From positions 23,093-87,092 of the forward strand of contig JAHBTP010000005.1 of assembly GCA_019638485.1 (NCBI GenBank): 64,000 bases of DNA, in the 5' to 3' direction. This DNA is from Ferruginibacter sp. (GTDB taxonomy: Bacteria > Bacteroidota > Bacteroidia > Chitinophagales > Chitinophagaceae). Shown here piece after piece: positions 10,659-21,700 of the stretch; the first letter of the stretch is position 1, and each line of letters opens with the position of its first letter. The notes beneath the pieces are model-generated. The model did not search any database. It saw only the letters and a list, made by a program, of their open reading frames with translations, and was not told the origin of the DNA. Made by a program: the position numbers and the translations under genes.

Positions 10659-10686
10659 GGAAACTATTTATGTAAATAAAGTTTCC
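10659..10686. promoter_or_regulatory. candidate TetR operator palindrome
   Basis: GGAAACT-N14-AGTTTCC is a perfect 7-bp inverted repeat with partial inner symmetry. It starts 17 nt upstream of the TetR start codon. Confidence 0.35.
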
Positions 10687-10785
10687 TGCTTGTTAATTTT
10701 TTCACAACGTCGCTTTCGTTTATCCACCCAAATTGTAACCTAAGGTAGCAACCCACAATCCGGCTTGGAGACGTAACTTTATGTT

Positions 10786-11412
10786 ATGAAAATAAAAAAT
10801 GCATTCAGAAGACTTTTTCAATATTTTTTACAAGGCGTATTGGTATTGGCTCCTGTAGCCATTACTATTTATACCATTTATTGGATAATTACCACCATAG
10901 ATAGTTGGATTCCTTTGTTTAGTTATAGAGATGCCGAGGGGAGAATACAAGTTCAAAATTATGGCGTTGGGTTCATTATTATAATTGCTACCATTATTGT
11001 TATTGGCTATTTCAGTTCGTTTTTTATAACCGGCCGGATTATTAGTTTTTTAGATAAAATTCTTCAGAAGGCGCCCGGTATTAAGCATATTTATTCTACT
11101 ACACGTGATTTTTTTGAAGCATTTGCGGGTGACAAAAAGAAATTCACTCAAAACGTTTTGGCCAATGTAGATGATACTGATGTGTGGCGCTTAGGATTTA
11201 TCACCAATGAAAACATGGAAGAATTTGGTTTAAAAGATTATTTGGCGGTGTATATACCTATGGCATACTCGGTTGCCGGCAACGTGTATGTTGTACCCAA
11301 GCACAGAGTTAAGCCTATTACCCAGGTAAGCAGTGCACAAACCATGAAGTTTGCCGTAAGTGGAGGTGTAACCGATCTTCCTGAAGAACCTGTTCCAAAA
11401 GAGAACACTTAA
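10786..11412 (+). CDS. DUF502 family membrane protein
   Basis: Two N-terminal TM helices followed by PGIKHIYSTTRDF and WRLGFITNE. This matches the conserved DUF502 pattern. Confidence 0.75.
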   Translation: MKIKNAFRRLFQYFLQGVLVLAPVAITIYTIYWIITTIDSWIPLFSYRDAEGRIQVQNYGVGFIIIIATIIVIGYFSSFFITGRIISFLDKILQKAPGIKHIYSTTRDFFEAFAGDKKKFTQNVLANVDDTDVWRLGFITNENMEEFGLKDYLAVYIPMAYSVAGNVYVVPKHRVKPITQVSSAQTMKFAVSGGVTDLPEEPVPKENT

Positions 11413-11422
11413 AAAAAATCTC

Positions 11423-12388
11423 ATGCTCCGATTTATCTGTACCCTTCTATTTATATTCATAACCTTCCAAACACAGGGCTGGGGATTTTATGGTCATCAA
11501 AAGATAAATGAACATGCCGTTTATTTATTACCTCCTCAAATGATGGTATTTTTTAAGCCACACATTAGATACCTTTCTGTTCATGCGCCTGATGCTGACA
11601 AACGTAGATATATCATTGCTGATGAAGGACCACGCCATTACATTGATTTAGATTTGTTTGGTAACTATCCTTATGCTCATTTGCCGAGGCGATGGGAGGA
11701 CGCAGTTGCTCAGTTTTCTGAAGACACACTATTATCCCGTGGCATTGTACCCTGGCACGTTATGCGCACCTATAAACTTTTAATAAATGCTTTTGAAGAA
11801 AAGAATGCAACTAAAATTTTAAAATTAGCTGCTGATCTGGGTCATTACATTAGCGATGCGCATGTGCCGTTACACACATCGCACAACCATAATGGCCAAT
11901 TCACTAACCAACACGGAATACATGGCTTTTGGGAAAGCAGGGTTCCGGAGCTATTAGCAGAAGGTGAATTCGATTTCTTTATTGGAAAAGCGGAATACTT
12001 AAAATATCCTGAAGACTATATCTGGAACAGAATACTTGAAAGTAATCTTGCCTGTGACAGTGTATTACTTTTTGAAAAGAACCTTTCAGAACAAATGCGA
12101 AAAGATACAAAATACGCCTTTGAAGAGAGGAATGGAAAAGTTATACGGCAATACTCTGCTGTATTTACACGTAATTATCATGAGCAATTAAACAAAATGG
12201 TTGAGCGAAGAATGAGGATGGCCATTTTTTCAACAGCCTCCTTTTGGTTTACTGCGTGGGTGAATGCCGGCCAACCTGATTTATCTATACTGATTAAAGA
12301 CGGAATAGAAACTAATCATGAGGAATTAGAAAAGATAAATAACGCCTGGCAGTCTGGCAAAGCCATGCTCGGCCGACAAGAAGACTAA
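11423..12388 (+). CDS. zinc-dependent phospholipase C / S1-P1 nuclease superfamily protein
   Basis: A signal peptide is followed by a mature W-G-x-x-G-H N-terminus. Histidine clusters (HYISDAHVPLHTSHNHNG) look like Zn ligands. Confidence 0.65.
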   Translation: MLRFICTLLFIFITFQTQGWGFYGHQKINEHAVYLLPPQMMVFFKPHIRYLSVHAPDADKRRYIIADEGPRHYIDLDLFGNYPYAHLPRRWEDAVAQFSEDTLLSRGIVPWHVMRTYKLLINAFEEKNATKILKLAADLGHYISDAHVPLHTSHNHNGQFTNQHGIHGFWESRVPELLAEGEFDFFIGKAEYLKYPEDYIWNRILESNLACDSVLLFEKNLSEQMRKDTKYAFEERNGKVIRQYSAVFTRNYHEQLNKMVERRMRMAIFSTASFWFTAWVNAGQPDLSILIKDGIETNHEELEKINNAWQSGKAMLGRQED

Positions 12389-12428
12389 TGAAAATAATCT
12401 AATTAGATTATAATTACTTTTGCTCACC

Positions 12429-13526
12429 ATGAGCCATTCAAATTTATCTTCTAAACATATACACAACTTCAATTCCGGCCCGGGTATTTTACCCAAAGAG
12501 GTTGTTGAACAGGCTGCAGTATCATTAGTTAACCATCAAAACAGTGGATTGTCTATTGCAGAAATTGGGCATCGTACATCTTTATTTACTGATGTAATGG
12601 AAGAGGCCAGACAATTAGTACGTGAGCTAATGCAATTAGACGATGAGCATGAGGTATTGTTTTTACATGGTGGAGCAAGTACTCAATTTATGCAAGTACC
12701 TATGAACTTGTTAGATGAAAAGGGCTGTGCTGCTTATGCTGATACCGGAGTATGGAGTACAAAGGCGATAAAAGAAGCTAATTTATTTGGAAAAACGGAA
12801 GTAGTGTGCTCTTCACGAGATAAAAACTATCATTATATACCCAAGGATTTTGCTGTGCCTAATGAGGCCCAATACTTTCACATTACCACCAACAATACCA
12901 TTTATGGAACTCAATGGAAAAGAATACCTGAGGTAAGCATTCCACTGGTTGCCGATATGAGTAGTGATATTCTTAGTCGTCAATTAGACTTTAATCGTTT
13001 TGCATTAATCTATGCCGGTGCGCAAAAGAATTTAGGTGCGGCAGGATGTACCATTGTAGTGGTAAATAAAAATATTTTAGGCAAAACGCGGCGATCTATT
13101 CCCACCATGTTTGATTACCGTCTTCATATTAAGGAGAAAAGTATTCTTAACACACCACCTGTTATGGCTATATATATTTCTATGCTAACACTAAGGTGGT
13201 TAAAATCACAGGGGGGGGCGGCTGCATTACAACCCATTAATGAGCGCAAGTCGTTAAAGTTATATACTGAATTAGAACAAAATGGTTTGTTTTATCCGTT
13301 GGTTAATAATGCCGAAGATCGCAGTATTACCAATGTCTGTTTTGCTATTAAAGAGAAGGCTCTTGAACCTGTTTTTTCTTCATTTTGCAAAGAAAACGGA
13401 ATATATGGTATCAATGGGCATCGGCTTGCCGGAGGTTTTAGAGCATCATTATATAATGCGCTTCCGGAAAGCAGTGTGGATTATTTAATTGAGGTCTTGC
13501 ATGAATTTATGCGTATTCACGGTTAG
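12429..13526 (+). CDS. serC: 3-phosphoserine/phosphohydroxythreonine aminotransferase
   Basis: NFNSGPGILP, GGASTQF and YAGAQKNLG (PLP lysine) are SerC motifs. The ATG at 12429 is preferred over the TTG at 12420. Confidence 0.9.
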   Translation: MSHSNLSSKHIHNFNSGPGILPKEVVEQAAVSLVNHQNSGLSIAEIGHRTSLFTDVMEEARQLVRELMQLDDEHEVLFLHGGASTQFMQVPMNLLDEKGCAAYADTGVWSTKAIKEANLFGKTEVVCSSRDKNYHYIPKDFAVPNEAQYFHITTNNTIYGTQWKRIPEVSIPLVADMSSDILSRQLDFNRFALIYAGAQKNLGAAGCTIVVVNKNILGKTRRSIPTMFDYRLHIKEKSILNTPPVMAIYISMLTLRWLKSQGGAAALQPINERKSLKLYTELEQNGLFYPLVNNAEDRSITNVCFAIKEKALEPVFSSFCKENGIYGINGHRLAGGFRASLYNALPESSVDYLIEVLHEFMRIHG

Positions 13527-13575
13527 CCCGAGGGATTGTTGCTTATATTTGCAAGCCTAACCGAAACTTTTATAA

Positions 13576-14805
13576 ATGGTTACAATAGCACCCTTCAAGG
13601 CTTTAAGGCCTGAGCCACAACTGGCAAAATCTATAGCTTCCCGCCCGTATGATGTATTAAACAGTAAAGAAGCTAAAGTTGAAGCCCGAGGAAATCCATA
13701 TTCATTTTTGCATATAACCAAAAGTGAAATTGACTTACCTAATGGAGTTGATATCCACTCTCAGGAAGTTTATGATAAGGCAAAAGAAAATTTACAAGCC
13801 TTCATGAGTCGAAAATTCCTATTTCAAGAAAGTAAACCCTGTTATTATTTGTACCGGATTATCATGGAGGGTAGGGCACAAACCGGTTTAGTATGTGTAA
13901 GCTCGGTTAAAGATTACGAGAATGGTTTAATTAAAAAGCATGAGTTCACCCGTCCTGAAAAAGAGAAGGATCGTATTGATCACATGGGTACAATAATGGC
14001 ACAAACCGGAAATGTTTTTCTCACCTATCGCAATGTGAAAGAATTGGATGACGTAATATCCAAATGGACAACAGAAAAGAATCCACAATATGATTTTATT
14101 GCAGATGATGGTATTCAGCATAGTGTATGGATAGTTAATGATGATGTTATCATTAATCAGATTTCACATTTATTTTCTACCAAGGTTCCGGCTACCTATA
14201 TAGCAGATGGTCATCATAGGGCAGCCTCTGCATCTAAAGTGAAAGCATCTTTGGGCAATAATGCGCCGGAGGGGGCAGGTTATTTTTTAACCACCCTGTT
14301 TCCTGATAACCAGTTAGCCATAATGGATTACAATCGTGTTGTTACTGATCTTTGCGGATTACAGGAAGATGAGTTTTTGTCTCGTGTGTCAGAAAAATTT
14401 GATATTGAGAAATCGCCTACACCGGTGAAACCTTCATCGTTACATTCTTTTGGTTTGTACTTAAACAAACAATGGTATTCACTAAAAAGTAAGCCGGGCA
14501 CATGGTCAGCAGACCCCATAGGTGTTTTGGATACTACCATAGCGCAGGAGAATATTTTTGATCCTATTTTACATATTAAAGATCAGCGTACAGACAAGCG
14601 TATTGATTTTGTAGGCGGCATAAGGGGTTTGGCAGAATTGGAAAAGCGAGTTGATAGTGGAGAGATGGCGGTAGCCGTTAGTTTTTATCCGGTAAGTATG
14701 GATCAATTGTTAACCATTGCAGACAGCGGCAATGTAATGCCACCCAAAAGCACTTGGTTTGAACCCAAACTACGAGATGGATTACTTACTCATCTAATAG
14801 AATAA
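13576..14805 (+). CDS. DUF1015 domain-containing protein
   Basis: 409 aa. It starts FKALRP and contains YIADGHHR, both typical of DUF1015. It lies directly downstream of serC. Confidence 0.8.
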   Translation: MVTIAPFKALRPEPQLAKSIASRPYDVLNSKEAKVEARGNPYSFLHITKSEIDLPNGVDIHSQEVYDKAKENLQAFMSRKFLFQESKPCYYLYRIIMEGRAQTGLVCVSSVKDYENGLIKKHEFTRPEKEKDRIDHMGTIMAQTGNVFLTYRNVKELDDVISKWTTEKNPQYDFIADDGIQHSVWIVNDDVIINQISHLFSTKVPATYIADGHHRAASASKVKASLGNNAPEGAGYFLTTLFPDNQLAIMDYNRVVTDLCGLQEDEFLSRVSEKFDIEKSPTPVKPSSLHSFGLYLNKQWYSLKSKPGTWSADPIGVLDTTIAQENIFDPILHIKDQRTDKRIDFVGGIRGLAELEKRVDSGEMAVAVSFYPVSMDQLLTIADSGNVMPPKSTWFEPKLRDGLLTHLIE

Positions 14806-14833
14806 CATTTTTGCATTAAAGAATATTTTCTCT

Positions 14834-15838
14834 ATGAGGTTTATATTTTCCTTTATCTTTTTGCTTTGGGGATTTATCAATACGGTTTGCGGGCAAGATG
14901 TAAAGGAATTACAAGAAACTGCACGGGCGTTTATGCGTCAGGGTGATTTTTCAAATGCCATTATTGTTTTAAACAGAGCTTATGGATTAAACCCCAATAA
15001 TACCTTAATTGCACAGGATTTGGCTTTAGCATATTATTATCAGCATGATTTGGACAGGGCGGAGAAGCTGATGAAACCTTTGGTTGATAAAGGAGATACA
15101 GGCGACCAAGGGTACCAGATTTTAGCAAATATTTTATTATCGCGTAACAATCAAAAAGAGGCTGAAAAAATATATAAAAAGGGATTAAAAAAATATCCCC
15201 AAAGTGGTCCTCTATATAATGATTATGGAGAGTTATTGTGGCAACGACAAGACTATTCGGCAATTAGTATGTGGGAGAAGGGAATTTTAGAAGATCCAAA
15301 CTTTGCCCCCAATTATTATAATGCATCTAAGTATTATTATTTTTCTACCAATAAAGTGTGGGGACTATTATATGGTGAAATATTTCTTAATATAGACCCG
15401 CAAAGCAAAAATGCTCCGGAAGTAAAAGAACTCATTTTAAACGGATATAAGAAACTATTTACAGAAACTGACTTAGATAAGGTTTCTACCAACAATAAAT
15501 TTGAAAAGGCATTTCTAGCTACTATGGCAAAGCAATCGAGCCCGGTTTCTTTAGGCATCTCTCCCGATGTGCTAACCATGGTTCGCACCCGATTTTTATT
15601 AGATTGGGAGAATGATGATAATAAATTAAAAACATTCCCATTTCATCTTTTTGAAGTACAAAAGCAATTTTTAAAAGAAGGGTTATTCGAAGCCTATAAC
15701 CAGTGGTTGTTTGGCTCAACGTACAACCTGGCCGGTTTTCAAACATGGGTGGAATTACACAAAGACGAATATGATACTTTTTTAAAAAAAATGCGTACCG
15801 GCGTTTTTAAAATGCCTGTTGGCCAATATTATAAATAA
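14834..15838 (+). CDS. tetratricopeptide (TPR) repeat protein, secreted
   Basis: A signal peptide is followed by TPR-like A/Y/L periodicity (FSNAIIVLNRAYGLNPNN...). Confidence 0.65.
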   Translation: MRFIFSFIFLLWGFINTVCGQDVKELQETARAFMRQGDFSNAIIVLNRAYGLNPNNTLIAQDLALAYYYQHDLDRAEKLMKPLVDKGDTGDQGYQILANILLSRNNQKEAEKIYKKGLKKYPQSGPLYNDYGELLWQRQDYSAISMWEKGILEDPNFAPNYYNASKYYYFSTNKVWGLLYGEIFLNIDPQSKNAPEVKELILNGYKKLFTETDLDKVSTNNKFEKAFLATMAKQSSPVSLGISPDVLTMVRTRFLLDWENDDNKLKTFPFHLFEVQKQFLKEGLFEAYNQWLFGSTYNLAGFQTWVELHKDEYDTFLKKMRTGVFKMPVGQYYK

Positions 15839-15908
15839 ATTCATTTTACTCATCTCTTTTTATTCCTCTTACTATTTTCCTTAACTTAGTACACAACGAC
15901 ATACTAAT

Positions 15909-17687
15909 ATGGAAGAGGTATCCCGGTTATTTGACTTTTTTTTATACCAACAAAGTCATTTCCCTAAAAATGATATGTTAGCAGCCAAGGAAGATGGCAA
16001 ATGGAAAACATACAGCACTCAAGAAGTTAATCAAATTGTACACAACCTTGCGTCAGGGCTGCTTCAGCTTGGCCTCTCAGGGAAAGATCTTTCTGTAGAA
16101 GAACAGGATAAGGTGGCTATTATATCGCGTAACCGGCCAGAATGGATTTTTTTAGATTTAGCCTGTCAGTTAATTGGTGTAGTGCTTGTTCCGGTTTATC
16201 CCACCTCTAACCCACATGAGCTAACATTTATCTATAATGAAGCCTCTGTAAAATATATTTTTTGTAGCGGACAGGAGCTCCTTGACAAAACTCTTGCACT
16301 GCAACATGATGTTCCTTCATTAAAAGAAGTTTTTTGTTTTGATAAACTACCGGGTGTTCGTCATTGGACAGAGATATTAAATAACACGCACATTGACGAA
16401 GTTGACGTCCTTAAAAAAACGATACAATCCTCAACCTGTGTTACTATTATTTACACTTCAGGCACAACAGGTGTTCCAAAGGGTGTAATGTTAAGCCATC
16501 ATAATGTTGTATCAAATGTACTCAACAGCATATCTAGTTTTCCTTTTGAAAGGGACACTCAATCCAGGGCTTTAAGTTTCTTACCACTCAATCATATTTT
16601 TGAACGGATGATTACCTATTTGTACATGGTTAGTGGAATTTCTATTTATTATGCGGAAAGTATTGAGGCAATTGGTGATAACATTAAAGAAATAAAGCCT
16701 GCTGTTTTTTGCACGGTTCCCCGTTTATTAGAAAAGGTGTATGAGAAGATTATGGCCAAGGGTGAAGAATTATCCGGGTTAAAAAAGAAATTATTTTTTT
16801 GGGCGGTTAATCTAGGTATTGAATATGACAATCGGAAATCAAAGGGTATTCTTTATGATTTACAATTATCTATTGCCAACAAATTAATATTCAGTAAATG
16901 GCGAGAGGGTTTGGGTAATCAAATAAAATATATAGTAACGGGTAGTGCTGCCTGCCAGGTGAGGTTGCTTCGTTTATTTAATGCTGCACGTATTCCGGTA
17001 TATGAAGGATACGGCCCAACCGAAAACAGTCCGGTAATTAGTGTTAACCGAAGAGAGAAAGGAGGAGCAAAATATGGGACTGTTGGCCCTGTTATAAACG
17101 GCCAAGAGGTGAAGTTGTTGCCAGATGGGGAGATATGCGTAAAAGGACCAAGTGTAATGATGGGATATTACAAACGTGCCGATCTTACTGCTGAAGTGGT
17201 TAAGGATGGTTGGTTACATACTGGGGATATTGGTGTGTTTGAAGAAAATAAATTTTTGCGTATTACAGATAGGAAAAAGGAGCTTTTTAAAACAAGTGGA
17301 GGAAAATATGTAGCGCCGCAACCTATTGAAAACAAAATGAAGGAGTCACATTTTATAGAGCAAATGATGGTGGTAGGTGAAGGACATAAATTTGTTGGTG
17401 CACTAATTGTTCCCGCATTCACTGCTCTTCAAAACTGGATGAGCAAAAAAGGGATTGCATTTACTACTCATGAGGAGGCAATAAGAAACCCACAGGTTTT
17501 GCTTATGTTTAAATCAGAGATTGAGCATTTCAATGAATTGTTTAATCATGTTGAACAAATAAAAAGATTTGAATTGCTTCCCGAAGAATGGACTGTTGAC
17601 ACCGGTGAGCTTACTCCAACACTTAAACTGAAACGCAAAGTAATTAAGGAGAAATATAAAGAGGCAATTGATCGGATTTACAGTTAG
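15909..17687 (+). CDS. long-chain fatty acid--CoA ligase (AMP-dependent synthetase)
   Basis: Has the AMP-binding motif IIYTSGTTGVPKGVMLSH, plus YGPTE, TGDIG and the C-terminal PTLKLKRK. Confidence 0.9.
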   Translation: MEEVSRLFDFFLYQQSHFPKNDMLAAKEDGKWKTYSTQEVNQIVHNLASGLLQLGLSGKDLSVEEQDKVAIISRNRPEWIFLDLACQLIGVVLVPVYPTSNPHELTFIYNEASVKYIFCSGQELLDKTLALQHDVPSLKEVFCFDKLPGVRHWTEILNNTHIDEVDVLKKTIQSSTCVTIIYTSGTTGVPKGVMLSHHNVVSNVLNSISSFPFERDTQSRALSFLPLNHIFERMITYLYMVSGISIYYAESIEAIGDNIKEIKPAVFCTVPRLLEKVYEKIMAKGEELSGLKKKLFFWAVNLGIEYDNRKSKGILYDLQLSIANKLIFSKWREGLGNQIKYIVTGSAACQVRLLRLFNAARIPVYEGYGPTENSPVISVNRREKGGAKYGTVGPVINGQEVKLLPDGEICVKGPSVMMGYYKRADLTAEVVKDGWLHTGDIGVFEENKFLRITDRKKELFKTSGGKYVAPQPIENKMKESHFIEQMMVVGEGHKFVGALIVPAFTALQNWMSKKGIAFTTHEEAIRNPQVLLMFKSEIEHFNELFNHVEQIKRFELLPEEWTVDTGELTPTLKLKRKVIKEKYKEAIDRIYS

Positions 17688-18054
17688 TGGATAGCCGTTC
17701 AATCAGCTCAGGTAAAATATCTAAATCTCTTGATTTATCAAGGAATCCCACGCATCCTAATTGATTGCACAGTTTGCGATAGCGAATCTCATCCTGATTA
17801 GTAATCATTACACATTGAATGAGTGGATGTTCTCTTGAGATAAACTTCAATAAATCAATACCATTCTTGCCGGGCAAATTAATATCGAGTAACGCAATAT
17901 GTATAGTATGGCTATTTAATACCTTTTGTGCTTCTAAAAAATTCTCAGCTAAGAAAACGTATTCAACACAATCAATTTCCATTAATTGTTTTTGCAACCG
18001 TTTTGAGATAAGCAGCGAATCATCTACGAGCAATATATTTAATCGGTTATTCAT
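17644..18054 (-). CDS. single-domain response regulator (CheY-like receiver)
   Basis: ILLVDDS, LLDINLPGKNG and a conserved K region. There is no output domain. The 3' end overlaps the acyl-CoA ligase gene by 44 nt. Confidence 0.8.
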   Translation of the reverse strand: MNNRLNILLVDDSLLISKRLQKQLMEIDCVEYVFLAENFLEAQKVLNSHTIHIALLDINLPGKNGIDLLKFISREHPLIQCVMITNQDEIRYRKLCNQLGCVGFLDKSRDLDILPELIERLSTNCKSDQLPLYISP

Positions 18055-18149
18055 AAATATTAATCAAAAATAGCGTTTATGAATTACCGTTATGTAGAGA
18101 AAAAGATTAATTAGGAGCTTTATACTTCTACAAGTAGATAGAATAATTA

Positions 18150-18779
18150 CTACATTAAATTATGTTCTATTGAATATAAAGTAAGGTCTGCATTACTTTT
18201 CAGATTCATTTTAGACATAATTCTAGATCGATACGTACTTACTGTGGTAACACTTAGAAACATTGACTCAGCGATTTCAGAAACTGTTTTTCCCTTTGCC
18301 AGCATTTTTAGCACGCTAAATTCTCTGTCTGACAAAAGTTCATGTGGAGCTTTATTATTGCCTTGGTCAAATACTTCTGCCAGCTTTTCGGCAACAGCAG
18401 GAGTAATATATTTTTTACCCAGCATTACTCGTTGTACGGCATTAACAAGTTCTTCGGGAGCGAGATCCTTACTTAGATAGCCAGCGGCTCCTGATTTAAG
18501 TACCCTAATTGCATATTGTTCTTCCGGATGAATACTAAGAATAAGCACAGGTAATTTGGGTTGAATTTGTTTAATTTGTTGCAGCGCTTCCAGTCCGCTT
18601 CTTCCGGGCATAGATAAATCACTAATTACCACATCCCAATCTGCAGCAATCACTTTTTTTATCATATCCTCAGCATCTGCAACTTCTTCAATGACTGCGG
18701 AGGGAAACCCCTCAAGCAAAATCTGTCTGAGTCCTTTTCGAACAACAGAATGATCATCTGCTATTAAAATTCTTTGCAT
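18150..18779 (-). CDS. LuxR/NarL-family response regulator
   Basis: A receiver domain (ILIADDH, VISDLSMPGRSG) plus a C-terminal LuxR HTH (LSDREFSVLKMLAKGKTVSEIAESMFLSVTTVSTYRSRI). The ATG at 18779 lies 4 nt after the kinase stop. Confidence 0.9.
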   Translation of the reverse strand: MQRILIADDHSVVRKGLRQILLEGFPSAVIEEVADAEDMIKKVIAADWDVVISDLSMPGRSGLEALQQIKQIQPKLPVLILSIHPEEQYAIRVLKSGAAGYLSKDLAPEELVNAVQRVMLGKKYITPAVAEKLAEVFDQGNNKAPHELLSDREFSVLKMLAKGKTVSEIAESMFLSVTTVSTYRSRIMSKMNLKSNADLTLYSIEHNLM

Positions 18780-18783
18780 ATAC

Positions 18784-21700
18784 CTAATCCTTATTTTTAA
18801 TTGGGACCACAATTTTTACCGTAGTTCCTTTTCCCGGTTTACTACCTATTTCAAAGGTTCCATCCATCATTATTGTACGCTCCTTCATACCTACAAGTCC
18901 TAGGGTATTTTTTCCATTAATATCTTCCGCATTATAGCCTACCCCATTATCTATAATTTGTAAAATTAATGAACCTTCATTAATACTCAGGGCGGCACCT
19001 ACTTTGGATGCTTTTGAGTGTCGCATGACATTGGTGAGGCTTTCCTGATATATCCTGAACATACTTGTAGCCATTATATCTGGAATTTCAATATTGTTGA
19101 TACTAGAATTAAAGTGCGTTTCTATTCCAGAGCGTTTTTGAAAATCTTCGCTTTGCCATTCCATAGCAGCAACTAATCCAAGGTCATCTAATATACTGGG
19201 GCGGAGTTGTGTTGCCAGGCGTCGAACAGTTTTTACTGTATCATCTACCAGTTCAATGGTTTCATTTATTTTTTCCTTTAATACTATTTCTTGTTCAGGT
19301 ATTTTTTTTCCAATCCATGAAATATCCATTTTAAGTCCGGTAAGTTGTTGTCCTAGTTCATCATGAATTTCTCTTGCCATGTGCGTACGCTCAGACTCAC
19401 GAACTGTTTGTAGGTGCGTTGCCAATTGCCGGAGCTGTTCGTGTGAACTTTTTAATTCTTCTTCTGCACGAAGTTTTTCAGTCATATCATTTGCCAATTC
19501 CAGCTTTGCTTGTTGTCCCTGATAAATAATATCGTGTGCCAAAACATTTACCTTAACATATTCTCCATTCTTCTTTTTATGGTCACGGATACCGCTATTA
19601 TTAATACCATCAAAATGCATAGGTTCAAAATCTGGCGGAAATTCTTGCCATGGTCGAATATCTCGAATATTCATGTGTTCAAACTCTTTTCGGGAATAGC
19701 CATAAAAATCAATCGCGGCATCATTAACTGCAAGGAAATTTTTATCCGGTAAGGAAAGCATCCACATAGGCATTGGGTTTTGTTCAAACAGCAAGCGATA
19801 CTTGTATTCTGAAACCCTTATAGCTTCCTCTGCTTTTTTTCTTCCGGATATATCTCTAATTATTGCCTGAAATCTTCCACCGGACATGTGCTTACCACTA
19901 CTTTCCACATAAACAAAATGTCCATCCTTATGTTTCATGAGTGTTTCAATAATAGGGATACCTGTTTTCAGTTCTTCTTCATCTAACTTAAGAGGTGTTT
20001 GATCTTCTCTAAAAAGAATATCAGAAAATTTCAACTGAAGTAATTCATTTGTGGAATAGCCTGTCATCATTGATGCGCTGGTATTTACCATTATAAATCG
20101 GCCTTTATGATCACTAATAAAGATTCCGTCAGAAGCCTGTTCTATCAGTAAGCGGAATTTTTCTTCACTTTCTTGGAGTTGTTTTTGCGCTCTTATTTTT
20201 TCTGATAAATCAACACCTAATTCCATTAAGCAAATTTCTCCCTCATAATGGATAAGCATACCGGATAAATAAAAATCTAATTGTTCATTATTTTTTGTTT
20301 GTAATCGGGCTTCCTTAGTAAACTCCCCCAAGGCAAATGCTTGTTGTATAGTAGAGACCATGCTATCTCTGTCTTCTTCCGGTTGAAAGAAAACAGGATT
20401 CATGCCACTCACTTCATTATGAGAATAGCCGGTAATTAATTCTAAGTTTTTATTCCAGCGTAAAATTTTTCCTGCACGATTAAAGATGAAGAATACTCCG
20501 GGCAGGCTATTGATTACAGAATCTGATAATGTTTTTTCCATCAATACCCTATTTTCAGCTAATCGTTGTTCAGTTACGTCCTGCATTGCACCCAGCATCC
20601 GGTGAGGTTCACCCAATTCATTGTAAATAATATAGGCTCTGTCAATAAAGGTGCGGTACTCGTTGTTAGTTGTTTTAAACTTAAATTCTTCATTAATAAA
20701 AACCTCCTTATTTCTCAACGCTTCTTCCTGATTATGTTGCACTCTTTCCACATCTTCATGATGGAGGCGCTGTCTAAAATCATCAAACTTCAATGATTGG
20801 TTATCAGGAAAACCAAACAATTGATAAAAAGCATCATTCCCTTGAATACGGTCTAATTTAATATCCCAATCCCAGATAGCATCTTTAGTAGCCTTACTTA
20901 CTAGTTCAAACCGCTCATTCAATGTTTTAAGTTCAAACTCTGAGGCTTCCAACATCCTCAGGTATTTATTTCTTTCTGTTACATCAATAAGGGTTCCAAT
21001 CACGGCACCATCTCCTTTATACATTAAAAAAGTACCATACACTTCTACATTTAATATTTTTCCTGATTTGTGAAGCGCATCAAACATATAATGCATTGAC
21101 TTTTTAATACCATACATCCTAACCCTAATATTAAAGTCAACTTTTTCTCTATCATATTCACAAACAAAATCCAATACTGTCTTTTGGTTTTGGACTTCAT
21201 CAACTTCATATCCAAAAATTTCTGCAAGACGTGGATTAACGTATGTGAATTTCCCTTCCTGAATAATATATACGCCCACCATAGACTCCTCAACCAAGCT
21301 TCTAAAGCGGGACTCGGTTTCCTGTAAGGCTAATTCAGCTTTGCGTCTTTCAGTAATATCATGAACCAGAGCCATAATGCCCATGGTTCCGGTTTGGTTT
21401 TTAATTATGGAGAAATACCATTCACAATAAATTATCCTATCATCCTTAGTAATATTTCTTATATCAAGTGCTTCATTTTTTCCCTCTTTAAATAAATGTT
21501 CAACCACTTCAGTAATTATAGCCAAATCGGAAGAATAAATCATATCATAAATGGAGAATCCTGCATTGTGTACTTCGTTCTCATTCCATCCAAAAATTTC
21601 AACGGCTTTCTTTGACCATTGAACTACATTTAAATTGCGATCGAACTCCAAAACAGCCATTGGGGTATTACTAATATGTGAGTTCAGTTTATCATGTGCT

